In this document: positions 1-8,551 of the stretch, piece by piece
Layout: each line of letters starts with the position of its first letter
Position numbering within the stretch: the first letter of the stretch is position 1
Assembly (NCBI GenBank): GCA_945860275.1
Contig: CAMAPN010000002.1
Span: forward strand, 29,769-93,768
DNA: 64,000 bases
Reading direction: 5' to 3'
From: Bifidobacterium breve
GTDB lineage: Bacteria > Actinomycetota > Actinomycetes > Nanopelagicales > Nanopelagicaceae
Notes under the pieces: generated by a model
The model's database searches: none
The model's input: only the letters and a program-made list of their open reading frames with translations
Told to the model about the DNA's origin: nothing
Program-made: the position numbers and the translations under genes

Positions 1-23
1 GTTTCGCCGACTTTGAATGACAT
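1..23 (-). CDS. carD: CarD-family transcriptional regulator, N-terminal fragment (gene runs off the window start)
   Basis: Reverse complement of 1-23 reads ATG TCA TTC AAA GTC GGC GAA AC = MSFKVGE(T), which matches the conserved CarD N-terminus (M-x-FKVG-D/E-TVVYP). An in-frame ATG at 35 is an alternative start. Only 7-11 codons are visible. As I recall, carD lies beside an LpqE-like lipoprotein gene in mycobacteria. Confidence 0.4.
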
Positions 24-186
24 AGTGAGCTTCATCCGCCTCTCGTGGGTGGCTGTACGAATGATGAGAGTCATATTCTAGCAGCCAATTCCGACAGAAA
101 AAATCGGCGATTTCTCGGTATATTTCCCCTAAGAATTCCAGTTGACAAATTCGCTTTTTTCACTTTTCCCGGGGAGAATTACGGCC

Positions 187-678
187 ATGCAAAGAAAGTT
201 CAGTGCGCGTCTAACAGTTCTTATCGCGATGTTGCTCTTAGTAACAGGATGCGGTGCTGGCCCTAATGCTCCGACTCGACTGATTAAGCAAGTCACTGAT
301 GGCGTCGAAAAGACTGTAGGCGATATCAAACTCGTGCATATTCTCTTAGTGGCACAAGCTGATGGCAGCGCAATTCTCGTGGGAACGATGATTAATGATG
401 GCGCTCAGGCTGAGCAACTCACAGCTCTGTACGTCAATGGAATTCCAGCGAGTGTCACACCTATTGCGCCGGTGCTTGCACCAAACACACCTTTGATTTT
501 TGCCGGTGAGACTGCAAATGCTTTGGCGGTTATTCCTAATTTAAATGTGAAGGCTGGAAAGCACGTCACGATGCAGATTGGCTTCAATCGTTCAGGTTCG
601 GAAACCTTGGAAGTGCTCGTTCGCGATCGCTCTGGTGAATTTGCGGACGTCGGACCAGATGTAATCAGCGCTAGTTAG
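187..678 (+). CDS. putative secreted lipoprotein (LpqE-like)
   Basis: The internal ATG at 187 of ORF 142-678 gives MQRKFSARLTVLIAMLLLVTGCGAG: a basic n-region, a hydrophobic core and the lipobox LVTGC. GGGGAG lies about 10 nt upstream. The mature part is beta-rich with no recognisable catalytic motif. The 3' end overlaps the convergent regX3 by 8 nt. Confidence 0.7.
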   Translation: MQRKFSARLTVLIAMLLLVTGCGAGPNAPTRLIKQVTDGVEKTVGDIKLVHILLVAQADGSAILVGTMINDGAQAEQLTALYVNGIPASVTPIAPVLAPNTPLIFAGETANALAVIPNLNVKAGKHVTMQIGFNRSGSETLEVLVRDRSGEFADVGPDVISAS

Positions 679-1348
679 AGAATTTATAACCAAGCCCACG
701 TACAGTAAGTATGTATTCGGGATTAGCAGGGTCTTTCTCTACTTTTGAACGCAACCGCTTGATATGAACATCTAGAGTTTTGGTATCGCCGACATAATCA
801 CTGCCCCAAACCCGATCAATTAATTGGGTTCGGGTAAGCACACGTCCTGAATTTCGCATCAAGAATTCGAGTAGTTCGAACTCCTTCAGCGGCAGTGCGA
901 CTTGCTCATTGTTAACAGTAACTATGTGACGTTCGATATCCATCCGAACCGGACCTACCGTGAGTAGCCCGGTGGATTGCTCTGGCTCCTGCTGCCTGCG
1001 AAGTACAGCACGGATTCTGGCGATGAGCTCGCGTGAAGAATAAGGCTTAGTGACATAGTCATCGGCGCCGAGTTCAAGGCCAACTACTTTGTCCACCTCG
1101 GTATCTTTTGCGGTCAGCATGATGATCGGCACAGAGCTCTTCATCCGGAGTTGTCTACAAACCTCAGTCCCGCTCAAACCTGGCAACATCAAATCGAGCA
1201 AGACTAAATCTGCTCCCTCGCGCTCGAATATCTCAAGAGCTTTGACGCCATCTGCAGCGACACTCACTTCGAATCCCTCTTTGCCAAGTAAAAAAGAGAG
1301 CGCATCTGAGAATGAATCTTCATCCTCGACTACAAGAATCTTCGTCAT
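671..1348 (-). CDS. regX3: OmpR/PhoB-family response regulator (RegX3-like)
   Basis: The receiver domain is MTKILVVEDEDS...DLVLLDLMLPG...LTAK and the winged-helix output domain is LTRTQLIDRVWG...TLDVHIKRLRSKVE...LTVRGLGYKF. There is a 4-nt ATGA overlap with the upstream histidine kinase gene. Confidence 0.93.
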   Translation of the reverse strand: MTKILVVEDEDSFSDALSFLLGKEGFEVSVAADGVKALEIFEREGADLVLLDLMLPGLSGTEVCRQLRMKSSVPIIMLTAKDTEVDKVVGLELGADDYVTKPYSSRELIARIRAVLRRQQEPEQSTGLLTVGPVRMDIERHIVTVNNEQVALPLKEFELLEFLMRNSGRVLTRTQLIDRVWGSDYVGDTKTLDVHIKRLRSKVEKDPANPEYILTVRGLGYKFSN

Positions 1349-2430
1349 CGGCCAGCCTCTTGTTCTGAATTCGATTCGCTTTTTGGTATCACGAATGTGA
1401 AGGTACTTCCCTCATCTGGCTTGCTCCAAACTCTGACCTCGCCACCATGATTTGCTGCTACGTGCTTAACAATGGATAGCCCCAAACCAGTTCCGCCAGT
1501 CTCTCTGGAACGTGCCGGGTCAACTCGGTAAAATCTCTCGAAGATTCTCTCTAAATCTGAGTCAGGTATTCCTATCCCCTGATCTTTCACGATTATTTCG
1601 ACATTTCTCTTCTCCAGCCTAACGGCAATATTTACCCGAGTATTTTGTGGGCTGTAGTTGATTGCATTCTCAATCAAATTTTGAATTGCCATTACAAGTT
1701 GTTCTCGATCAGCAAAGACAAAACATTCTTCTTGCAAATCTAGGTCAAGCGAAATATTCCTGGACTCTGCATTTGTGATACACAGAGCAATTGCTTGGTT
1801 CACGACATCGCTTACTTGCACAAGCTTATACTCTTGTAACGGGTTGGCATCTTGCAATCGTGAGAGATTAATAATCTGTTGGACTAATTCCGTTAAGCGA
1901 TGTGAGGTGACACCCATCTTGGTAGCAAAATGTTTCACAAGTTCAGGATTATCGCTTGCACCTGCTACCGCTTCGCTTAGTAAAGAAAGTGCGCCGATTG
2001 GTGTCTTAAGTTCATGCGAGATATTTGCCACGAAGTCTCGTCTAATAGCATCGACGCGCTGCGCTTCACTGACATCATCGACCAACACCAAGGTTCTACC
2101 GATTTGATCTAATGGAGCAACACGCACTCTCAGATTTGAGGATGCACCAGAAAGCACTGTCGATGGTATTTCTAAATTACCTTCATGCGATTTGTGGGTT
2201 CGTCGCACTACTCGAACAAGCGCCATTAACTCCTGACTAGAAATTCTTCCATCTCGGATAATGCCAAATCGGCTCGCTTCATGTGATGAGTAGAGCACTT
2301 GATCGGAGGCGGAGAGTACGATCGAAATCGAATCGAGCGCGTTTAGTACAGAGCGCAATTCGGGTGAAATGCCCGGTACTAAGTCGATGACCTGCTCGCG
2401 AGGTGCCTTCTTGAACCAGGGTATCGCCAC
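1345..2430 (-). CDS. senX3: sensor histidine kinase (SenX3-like)
   Basis: H-box FVANISHELKTPIGAL, N-box NLIENAINYS, G-boxes DQGIGIP and GGTGLGLSIVKH. The start codon is GTG. The gene is translationally coupled to regX3. Confidence 0.9.
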   Translation of the reverse strand: MAIPWFKKAPREQVIDLVPGISPELRSVLNALDSISIVLSASDQVLYSSHEASRFGIIRDGRISSQELMALVRVVRRTHKSHEGNLEIPSTVLSGASSNLRVRVAPLDQIGRTLVLVDDVSEAQRVDAIRRDFVANISHELKTPIGALSLLSEAVAGASDNPELVKHFATKMGVTSHRLTELVQQIINLSRLQDANPLQEYKLVQVSDVVNQAIALCITNAESRNISLDLDLQEECFVFADREQLVMAIQNLIENAINYSPQNTRVNIAVRLEKRNVEIIVKDQGIGIPDSDLERIFERFYRVDPARSRETGGTGLGLSIVKHVAANHGGEVRVWSKPDEGSTFTFVIPKSESNSEQEAGR

Positions 2431-2508
2431 CCCGCTATCGTAGAGTTATTTAAAGCAAGCGCAGAGCCCACTCCTGCCCCAGGCCACAACTAACTTGGAG
2501 TTTGTTTT

Positions 2509-2526
2509 CTGTTAAACCACTGTTAA
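2509..2526 (+). promoter_or_regulatory. candidate Pho-box: CTGTTAA direct repeat with 11-bp phasing
   Basis: CTGTTAA occurs at 2509-2515 and again exactly at 2520-2526 (CTGTTAAaccaCTGTTAA). It lies in the 140-nt divergent gap between senX3-regX3 and phoU, 45-62 nt upstream of the phoU ATG. Confidence 0.35.
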
Positions 2527-2570
2527 CGAATTAGCGACATTTCCAGGGGACCACCAAGTACGCTACCGGT

Positions 2571-3221
2571 ATGCGTGACCTATTCCATGAGGAACTTGAG
2601 CAGATTAATCTCAATCTGGTCGCCCTTGGGGAACAGATCAAGGTTGCTTTGGACTCCGCCACTCACGCTCTATTAACTGCTGATCTGGCATTAGCTGAAA
2701 AAGTAATCGCTGACGATTCCCTAGTCGATAACACCCAACATCAATTAGATGCTCAAACAATAGATTTGATGGCTCGTCAGCAGCCGGTTGCAAGTGATCT
2801 GAGAGCACTCGTAACGTCTTTGCGAATGAGCGCGGATTTAGAACGAATGGGTGATATGGCTCATCACATCGCCAAGTTAGCGCGAATGAGATATCCCGCC
2901 ACTGCCGTTCCTCCCGAACTTCTACTCACAATCCAGGAGATGGGGCGGGTTGCGAGCAAAATCTGTGAAAAGGCTACTGGCATCATTAAGAGTCGTGACA
3001 CCGAAGCTGCAAAGTCTTTGGAAAAAGATGACGATGAGATGGACATTCTTCACCGAAAACTCTTTGCAACGCTACTTGATGAGAAATGGGCGCATGGTAT
3101 CGAGACTGCTATTGATATGACTTTGATTGGAAGATATTACGAACGTTTTGCTGATCATGCGGTTTCGATTTCGCGACGCGTTTACTATTTAGTTACAGGT
3201 CAATATTACAGCGAAGAGTAA
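2571..3221 (+). CDS. phoU: phosphate signalling complex protein PhoU
   Basis: 216 aa. Two PhoU repeats carry the E/D-x-x-x-D motifs (ADLERMGDMAHHIA and RYYERFADHAVSIS). The gene is divergent from senX3-regX3. Confidence 0.92.
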   Translation: MRDLFHEELEQINLNLVALGEQIKVALDSATHALLTADLALAEKVIADDSLVDNTQHQLDAQTIDLMARQQPVASDLRALVTSLRMSADLERMGDMAHHIAKLARMRYPATAVPPELLLTIQEMGRVASKICEKATGIIKSRDTEAAKSLEKDDDEMDILHRKLFATLLDEKWAHGIETAIDMTLIGRYYERFADHAVSISRRVYYLVTGQYYSEE

Positions 3222-3224
3222 TTT

Positions 3225-3974
3225 CTACTTGCTCTTTCCTTGATTAGCAACAGCATCAATCGCAGCTCGCGCAGCTTCTGGATCAAGGTAGCGGCCGCCC
3301 TTTGTGATGGGTTTGAAATTTCCATCTAACTCATAGAGCAGCGGGATTCCTGTAGGAATATTGAGCCCAGCAATATCTTTATCACTTATTCCATCAAGGT
3401 GTTTCACTAAAGCCCGCAACGAGTTGCCATGCGCGGTAACCAGAACGCACTTGCCGCTTGTTAAATCGGGAGTTATAGATTCATTCCAATACGGAATCAT
3501 TCGATTAATCACGTCAAGCAGACATTCGGTCTTTGGCACAGCCGTTCCTATATCTTGATAACGGCGGTCTTTAGCCTGTGAGTACTCACTTGAATCGTCA
3601 ATCGGCGGTGGTGGCACATCGAAAGATCGACGCCACAATTGAAACTGTTCTTCACCATACATTGAAAGCGTCTCTGCCTTGTTCTTTCCTTGCAGCGCAC
3701 CGTAATGACGTTCATTCAAGCGCCATGAGCGGCGCACGGGAATCCAATGTCGCTCGCATTCATTAAGCGCAATTTCAGCAGTGTTTATCGCACGTTTCAA
3801 AAGTGAGGTATGGAGAATTTCGGGAAAAATACTCTGCTCTTTGAAGAGTTCACCAGCTCGCTTGGCTTCTAGTAAACCTTTAGCGCTCAGCGAAACATCA
3901 ACCCAGCCAGTAAATAGATTCTTCTCATTCCACTGACTCTCGCCATGGCGTAAGAGAATTAACTGGTAACTCAT
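3225..3974 (-). CDS. gpmA: 2,3-bisphosphoglycerate-dependent phosphoglycerate mutase
   Basis: Catalytic motifs [22 protein letters not shown] and [10 protein letters not shown]; 249 aa. Confidence 0.95.
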   Translation of the reverse strand: MSYQLILLRHGESQWNEKNLFTGWVDVSLSAKGLLEAKRAGELFKEQSIFPEILHTSLLKRAINTAEIALNECERHWIPVRRSWRLNERHYGALQGKNKAETLSMYGEEQFQLWRRSFDVPPPPIDDSSEYSQAKDRRYQDIGTAVPKTECLLDVINRMIPYWNESITPDLTSGKCVLVTAHGNSLRALVKHLDGISDKDIAGLNIPTGIPLLYELDGNFKPITKGGRYLDPEAARAAIDAVANQGKSK

Positions 3975-4006
3975 AATGAGAATCCTGCCCTGGAGTCAGG
4001 CAAACA

Positions 4007-4486
4007 TCAACTTCTTAGGTGTTTGAAAGCCTCAAGATTTGCAACTGACTCCCCGCGCGAGATACGCCAAGCCCATTCTCGGCGAATGGCATCAGCAAAG
4101 CCCAGCTCCAAAAGAGTGTTGAAGGATGAGTCGCAGTATTCATGAATAGCCCCGAGAATGCGATCAATCTCATCTCTAGTCACGAGTTCGACCGGCAATC
4201 TCCCTACGAGATAGATATCTCCGAGTTCATTTGTTGCATACGAAAGAAGGTACATATTTGCATTGTGTCGGAGTAACCATTCGTAGACTTTTTCCGTATT
4301 TTGGTCTGGTCGGCGAATCACAAAAGCATTGACACTTAAAGTCTTATCGCTGACTTTAAATATCACATTGGTATACAACTTCTTCTCGCCGGGGACAGAG
4401 ACGAGCAAAGAAGTCTTATCAAGTTCTTCGAATTCTATTTTCGATTCACTGAGCGCTTCTTGAATGGTCTGCAGTGGTTGTTTCAT
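4007..4486 (-). CDS. YbjN-domain protein (putative sensory transduction regulator family)
   Basis: 159 aa and acidic. It lies between mshA and gpmA, as does the mycobacterial YbjN-like gene as I recall. No catalytic motif is present. Confidence 0.6.
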   Translation of the reverse strand: MKQPLQTIQEALSESKIEFEELDKTSLLVSVPGEKKLYTNVIFKVSDKTLSVNAFVIRRPDQNTEKVYEWLLRHNANMYLLSYATNELGDIYLVGRLPVELVTRDEIDRILGAIHEYCDSSFNTLLELGFADAIRREWAWRISRGESVANLEAFKHLRS

Positions 4487-4498
4487 GGTTTTCGCAAA

Positions 4499-5770
4499 CT
4501 ACGCAAGAGAGCGAATAGCCGCGCGAGGCTCAGCTAACAACTGGTCATAGATATCGATTGTGCCTCGGGCGGTGGCTTCCCAGCCAAATCGGCGTGCGTG
4601 CTCAAGTGCGCCCATAGAAAGTGAGATGCGACGTTGTGGTTCGTGAAGTAATCGAGTTAATACTGACGACCACGAACGTGGGTCATGTCCATCGACTAGT
4701 GACCCTGAAAAACCGTCGGCGACAGCTGTACGCAATCCACCAACTGCAGCTGCAACCACTGGTGTGCCACATGCTTGCGCTTCGAGAGCAACTAATCCAA
4801 ATGATTCGCTATGGCTAGGTACGCAAACTAAATCCGCAGCGCGATACCAGTGTGGCAATTCTTCACGAGATGCAGGTGGAATGAATTTCACGCGATCGTC
4901 GATTCCAAGAAATTTCGCAAGGGTGCGTAGGCGATTAAGCTCATCGCCATCTCCACCAGAAACACCACCAATAATAAGTACTTGCAGCTTGCTTTTTAGC
5001 ACTGGATCATGTTTGACCATCTCGCCTGCAGCAGCAATGAGAACATCCGGCCCCTTATGAGGCTGCACTCTGCCAACGAACGCAAGGATCAGGCTCTCCT
5101 GATTGAGGCCAAGTTGCACGCGCGCTTCACGACGTCCGCCACCTGGAGAGAAGTGGACTAAATCCACTCCAGGAGCAACCACATGTACCCGATCAGGACA
5201 GGCATCGTAAAGGCTCACAAGATTCGCCGCTTCTGCATCTGTATTAGCGATGAGCCCCTGCGCGCCTGCGGCAATTTGTTCTTCGCCAATTGCACGTGCA
5301 ACCGGCTCTGGCTTGTCGTGATCTGCTAGCGATTTGTTCTTTACTTTCGCCATCGTGTGCATCGTGTGCACTAATGGAACGTTCCACCGTTGCGCAGCTA
5401 AGAGTCCTACTTGCCCTGAAATCCAATAATGCGAGTGGATTAAGTCGTAGTAACCGCGTGGGTGATTTGCTTCAACTCGTAGGAGTTCAGATGCCATCGT
5501 GCACATTTGCGAAGGCAGATCTTCCTTCGTTAGCCCTTCGTATGGGCCAGCTGTGATGTGATGGACTTCAACTCCTGGCGCAATCTCCACGATTGGAGGG
5601 AGTGCCGCAGAAGTTGCTCGCGTAAAAATATCTACGGCAATTCCAGACTTTGCGATTCGCTTTGCACTTTCTACTACGTAGATATTCATCCCACCAGCAT
5701 CGCGGACTCCAGCCTGATCAAGTGGAGAGGTATGCATCATTAATGTCGCGATGCGACCGCTAGGCTTCAT
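4499..5770 (-). CDS. mshA: D-inositol-3-phosphate glycosyltransferase (mycothiol biosynthesis, GT4)
   Basis: N-terminus TLMMHTSPLDQAGVRDAGGMNIYV. The GT-B E-x7-E region is PSHSESFGLVALEAQACGTPVVA. 423 aa, with conserved neighbours. Confidence 0.88.
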   Translation of the reverse strand: MKPSGRIATLMMHTSPLDQAGVRDAGGMNIYVVESAKRIAKSGIAVDIFTRATSAALPPIVEIAPGVEVHHITAGPYEGLTKEDLPSQMCTMASELLRVEANHPRGYYDLIHSHYWISGQVGLLAAQRWNVPLVHTMHTMAKVKNKSLADHDKPEPVARAIGEEQIAAGAQGLIANTDAEAANLVSLYDACPDRVHVVAPGVDLVHFSPGGGRREARVQLGLNQESLILAFVGRVQPHKGPDVLIAAAGEMVKHDPVLKSKLQVLIIGGVSGGDGDELNRLRTLAKFLGIDDRVKFIPPASREELPHWYRAADLVCVPSHSESFGLVALEAQACGTPVVAAAVGGLRTAVADGFSGSLVDGHDPRSWSSVLTRLLHEPQRRISLSMGALEHARRFGWEATARGTIDIYDQLLAEPRAAIRSLA

Positions 5771-5779
5771 AACTTTTGA

Positions 5780-6094
5780 TTACCAGCGCGGTCCGCGAAG
5801 CACATCATTAATTGCTGGACGAACATCAACGATGTACACGATTGCAGCAATAGAAGCGATGATGCCAAAGAGATCTAATGGACTAGAGATAGTAAGGCGG
5901 AGCACTAGCGATACGGCCAACAATGAGGCCCAAAAAACTTTGCTCTGCTTTCCTGCGGCTGTAAACGCATCTCCACGGACCCGAACCGCATGGATAAGTG
6001 CGAAAAGTAGCCCCGCTAACTGAGCAAGCCCAATGACTAACAAGACTAAGTCAGAGAGCGAACCCAATGGATTGGTCAGGGACCCGTTCGACAT
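5780..6094 (-). CDS. small integral membrane protein (DUF2516-like)
   Basis: 104 aa with three hydrophobic helices and the loop RGDAFTAAGKQSKVFW, typical of DUF2516 as I recall. It lies 9 nt upstream of mshA (intergenic 5771-5779) on the same strand. Confidence 0.6.
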   Translation of the reverse strand: MSNGSLTNPLGSLSDLVLLVIGLAQLAGLLFALIHAVRVRGDAFTAAGKQSKVFWASLLAVSLVLRLTISSPLDLFGIIASIAAIVYIVDVRPAINDVLRGPRW

Positions 6095-6112
6095 GAGCCC
6101 AGTCTACTGAAC

Positions 6113-7045
6113 CTAAAAAGATGCGCGAATTTCCAGCTTTGGCGGGAGCCCACCGAAGACGCTGACCGAAGGGAACTCAGCTACTACCCCGATTTGAGCC
6201 AGGGCAGAACGTGTAATCACATCATGAGCACGCATCGATCCATCGATCACTTTAAAGGCGATAACGCCTTTCCCACTTTGACCTGCAATATGAACTCCCT
6301 CGGCTCCCTCTTTCATAATCAATCCTGGAACTGCGCGCATCCATCGTGTAGATAACCGTCCGCTACCAGCGACCATTTCCGGATGCGTCGACATCGCATG
6401 CACAATTGCGCGCGATGCACTATCTCCACTATCTCCACTATCTATCAGGCTGCGAATTGCATAAGCAAGAGCCAACAGTGGCACTGCAAAAAGTGGTGCG
6501 CCGCAGCCATCAAAAGTATCGTTCACACTCTTACTGCGAGACGATTCTTCAATTTCTCGCTTTATGGCAATCTGCAATGGATGGTTCATCTCTAGATAAT
6601 GTGAAGTATCCCAACCATTAATTACACAGGTGGCAAGCATGCCAGCATGTTTACCACTGCAGTTCATCGCAATTCGTGTTGGTGATTGCGCACCCCATAG
6701 TTTTCGTTCGTTTTCACCAAGTGGTAAATCAAGAGCACATTGCAAAGCATTTTCATCAAGATTAAATTCTGCTAATAGTTCGCGCACGCCTGCTATGTGT
6801 TCGTCAGATCCTGAGTGGCTTGCAATAACTAATGCCAGAAGTTTTGGCTCAATATCTAAACCAAGTTTCACCATTGCACGAGCTTGAATCGGCTTAATTG
6901 AGGAGCGCGGAAAAATTGGCGCTTGCGAATCACCCCGCGAAAAAAAATTAGTTCCCGCGCTATCGAGAATTACTAGATGGCCATAGTGTGCAGACTCGAC
7001 CATTCCATTCCGAATAATCTCAGCAAGAGGTTGTGGTGCGCTCAC
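6113..7045 (-). CDS. asparaginase (L-asparaginase II / PF06089-like family)
   Basis: Motifs GMVESAHYGH, FPRSSIKPIQA, SHSGSDEH and CSGKHAGMLA. The longest ORF starts at ATG 7072 but would overlap the upstream gene by 31 nt. GTG at 7045 forms a GTGA stop/start overlap with that gene, so it is preferred. Confidence 0.8.
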   Translation of the reverse strand: MSAPQPLAEIIRNGMVESAHYGHLVILDSAGTNFFSRGDSQAPIFPRSSIKPIQARAMVKLGLDIEPKLLALVIASHSGSDEHIAGVRELLAEFNLDENALQCALDLPLGENERKLWGAQSPTRIAMNCSGKHAGMLATCVINGWDTSHYLEMNHPLQIAIKREIEESSRSKSVNDTFDGCGAPLFAVPLLALAYAIRSLIDSGDSGDSASRAIVHAMSTHPEMVAGSGRLSTRWMRAVPGLIMKEGAEGVHIAGQSGKGVIAFKVIDGSMRAHDVITRSALAQIGVVAEFPSVSVFGGLPPKLEIRASF

Positions 7046-7542
7046 ACCACTACACGTTCCATGGTTGACCAAATATGCGCCTGCAACTTATGCCCCTGTG
7101 CTTCCATATCGTAGGCATAGAAAAGTTCACCTTCGACTAATCCATATAACCGAGTTCCGCCCGTGACCACCTTTGCTGATGGAGCGCTATATCCCTGATC
7201 CATCACAAGTTGAATCTTCGCAACATCAAAGCGGCCAACCCAACCCTCTGCGATACCGGTGTTGTGCGAGAGGATTACCTCGAGCACATTATTAGGTTTT
7301 ACTCGCCAGAATCCCGTCTCCTGTGCAGCGGGCATGAGCTCTTCCTTGCCATCGTCGACGAGCCAGGAACGGGAAAAATAATTGAGAAATGGTCGACCAT
7401 CATGATTAAAGGTGACCTCTTGCTCGAAGGTGAAGGGCGCAGTGCCTGGGTATTCACCCTGCCCTTTTCCGCGCCAGGTGCCGACCAACCACGCCAGGGG
7501 GTAGAGATCTTGATGTAACCCTTCAGGGATTGTGAATGCCAT
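7042..7542 (-). CDS. nitrobindin-like / FABP-like heme-binding beta-barrel protein (DUF1794)
   Basis: LAWLVGTWRGKGQGEYP...FEQEVTF...PFLNY resembles the UPF0678 / nitrobindin family; 166 aa. Confidence 0.75.
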   Translation of the reverse strand: MAFTIPEGLHQDLYPLAWLVGTWRGKGQGEYPGTAPFTFEQEVTFNHDGRPFLNYFSRSWLVDDGKEELMPAAQETGFWRVKPNNVLEVILSHNTGIAEGWVGRFDVAKIQLVMDQGYSAPSAKVVTGGTRLYGLVEGELFYAYDMEAQGHKLQAHIWSTMERVVV

Positions 7543-7544
7543 TG

Positions 7545-7718
7545 TTACTCGCCCAACTTTCGTACTTGGTTCCGAGAGAGCAGTTTCCTGCGCATAGTAT
7601 CTCCCGATTTCTCGCGCTGGAACTTTCTGAGCGCTCGACCTGAGCGGCCAAGCAAGAATAGTGAGATGAGGAATGCAAAGACCACCAGCACGCCAGCGAA
7701 AACTAGGTCGAGAATCAT
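7545..7718 (-). CDS. small membrane peptide (57 aa, below the ORF-track cutoff)
   Basis: Hand translation of the minus strand gives MILDLVFAGVLVVFAFLISLFLLGRSGRALRKFQREKSGDTMRRKLLSRNQVRKLGE*. This is one TM helix followed by a basic tail. The stop lies 2 nt before the nitrobindin ATG (TAA-CA-ATG). No clear SD is present. Confidence 0.4.
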   Translation of the reverse strand: MILDLVFAGVLVVFAFLISLFLLGRSGRALRKFQREKSGDTMRRKLLSRNQVRKLGE

Positions 7719-7777
7719 CGGGAAATCACAAGGAAAAGGGTACGGGCAAACTCACTTTTTCCGTGTAGATTCCCGAT

Positions 7778-8143
7778 ATGGCTGGAAATGCGCTCGTAAT
7801 CAAAGTGACAGTTGGTCAAGAATCTGCTGAACGCTGCTCTCAAGGATTCACAGTTGCCGCAACTGCGCTGGCCAGTGGTGTTGACGTAACTCTCTGGCTT
7901 ACCGGAGATGCCACCTGGTTTGGCGTACCAGGCAAGGCTGAAGAATTCATCCTCGAGCACGCGGCGCCACTCTCGCAATTGCGAGATCAGATACTCGAAT
8001 TAGGAAAGATTAAAGTTTGCACGCAATGCGCTAAGCGTCGTGGCATTACTGAAGAAGTCTTACTACCAGGAATTGAAATTTCAGGGGCGAGCTCATTTGT
8101 CGCGGATATCCTCGGACCAGAAGTTAAAGCGCTCGTTTACTAA
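7778..8143 (+). CDS. DsrE/DsrF-like sulfur-relay family protein
   Basis: 121 aa. The family-like pattern is VIKVT...GVDVTLWLTGDATW...CTQCAKRRGI...ISGASSFV. Confidence 0.65.
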   Translation: MAGNALVIKVTVGQESAERCSQGFTVAATALASGVDVTLWLTGDATWFGVPGKAEEFILEHAAPLSQLRDQILELGKIKVCTQCAKRRGITEEVLLPGIEISGASSFVADILGPEVKALVY

Positions 8144-8205
8144 AGATTCACAACCTGCTCATCGTAATAATGATTACGATAGCGGCAACAATCACCAGAA
8201 GTAAA

Positions 8206-8490
8206 TTACTTACTGATCCCACGAATAATCCGATCCATTAGTTCTCGAATAACAAATTCCGCTTCGTGCTTTGCTTTCACACCATTAATCTCGAACTCTC
8301 TCAAGATCTGCTCGGCGGAATTCTCCACAACTGAACCCACTAGTGGTCCGTATTTGTCAGCAAAATTCTGATTGGCGAAATCCCCAATCGCTCTAGCAAG
8401 GTCACTGCGTAATTCATCTAAGCTTGGTTCAGCAGCAGGATGTGAGAACTCCCGATCTGCTCGTTCGAAAGCCTGTCGACTTCGCTCCAT
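8206..8490 (-). CDS. hypothetical acidic protein (94 aa)
   Basis: Intact ATG-initiated ORF, helical and acidic. I recognise no family. Confidence 0.45.
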   Translation of the reverse strand: MERSRQAFERADREFSHPAAEPSLDELRSDLARAIGDFANQNFADKYGPLVGSVVENSAEQILREFEINGVKAKHEAEFVIRELMDRIIRGISK

Positions 8491-8551
8491 CTGCCACCCC
8501 CTAATTCGTACGCTAATTCCAGAGTCAAAGAGTCCCTGCTAACGTCATCCC

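Noticed and set aside
6940-6947. A8 homopolymer (T8 on the coding strand) inside the asparaginase-family gene as a possible phase-variation tract
   Set aside because: Eight nucleotides is short for contingency-locus behaviour. It encodes Phe-Phe in a metabolic enzyme, and nothing suggests an alternative frame.
8161-8180. AT-rich hairpin ATCGTAAT-aatg-ATTACGAT between the convergent DsrE-like and 94-aa genes as a bidirectional terminator
   Set aside because: The stem is weak (mostly A-T) and has no flanking U-tract, so it is too uncertain to call.
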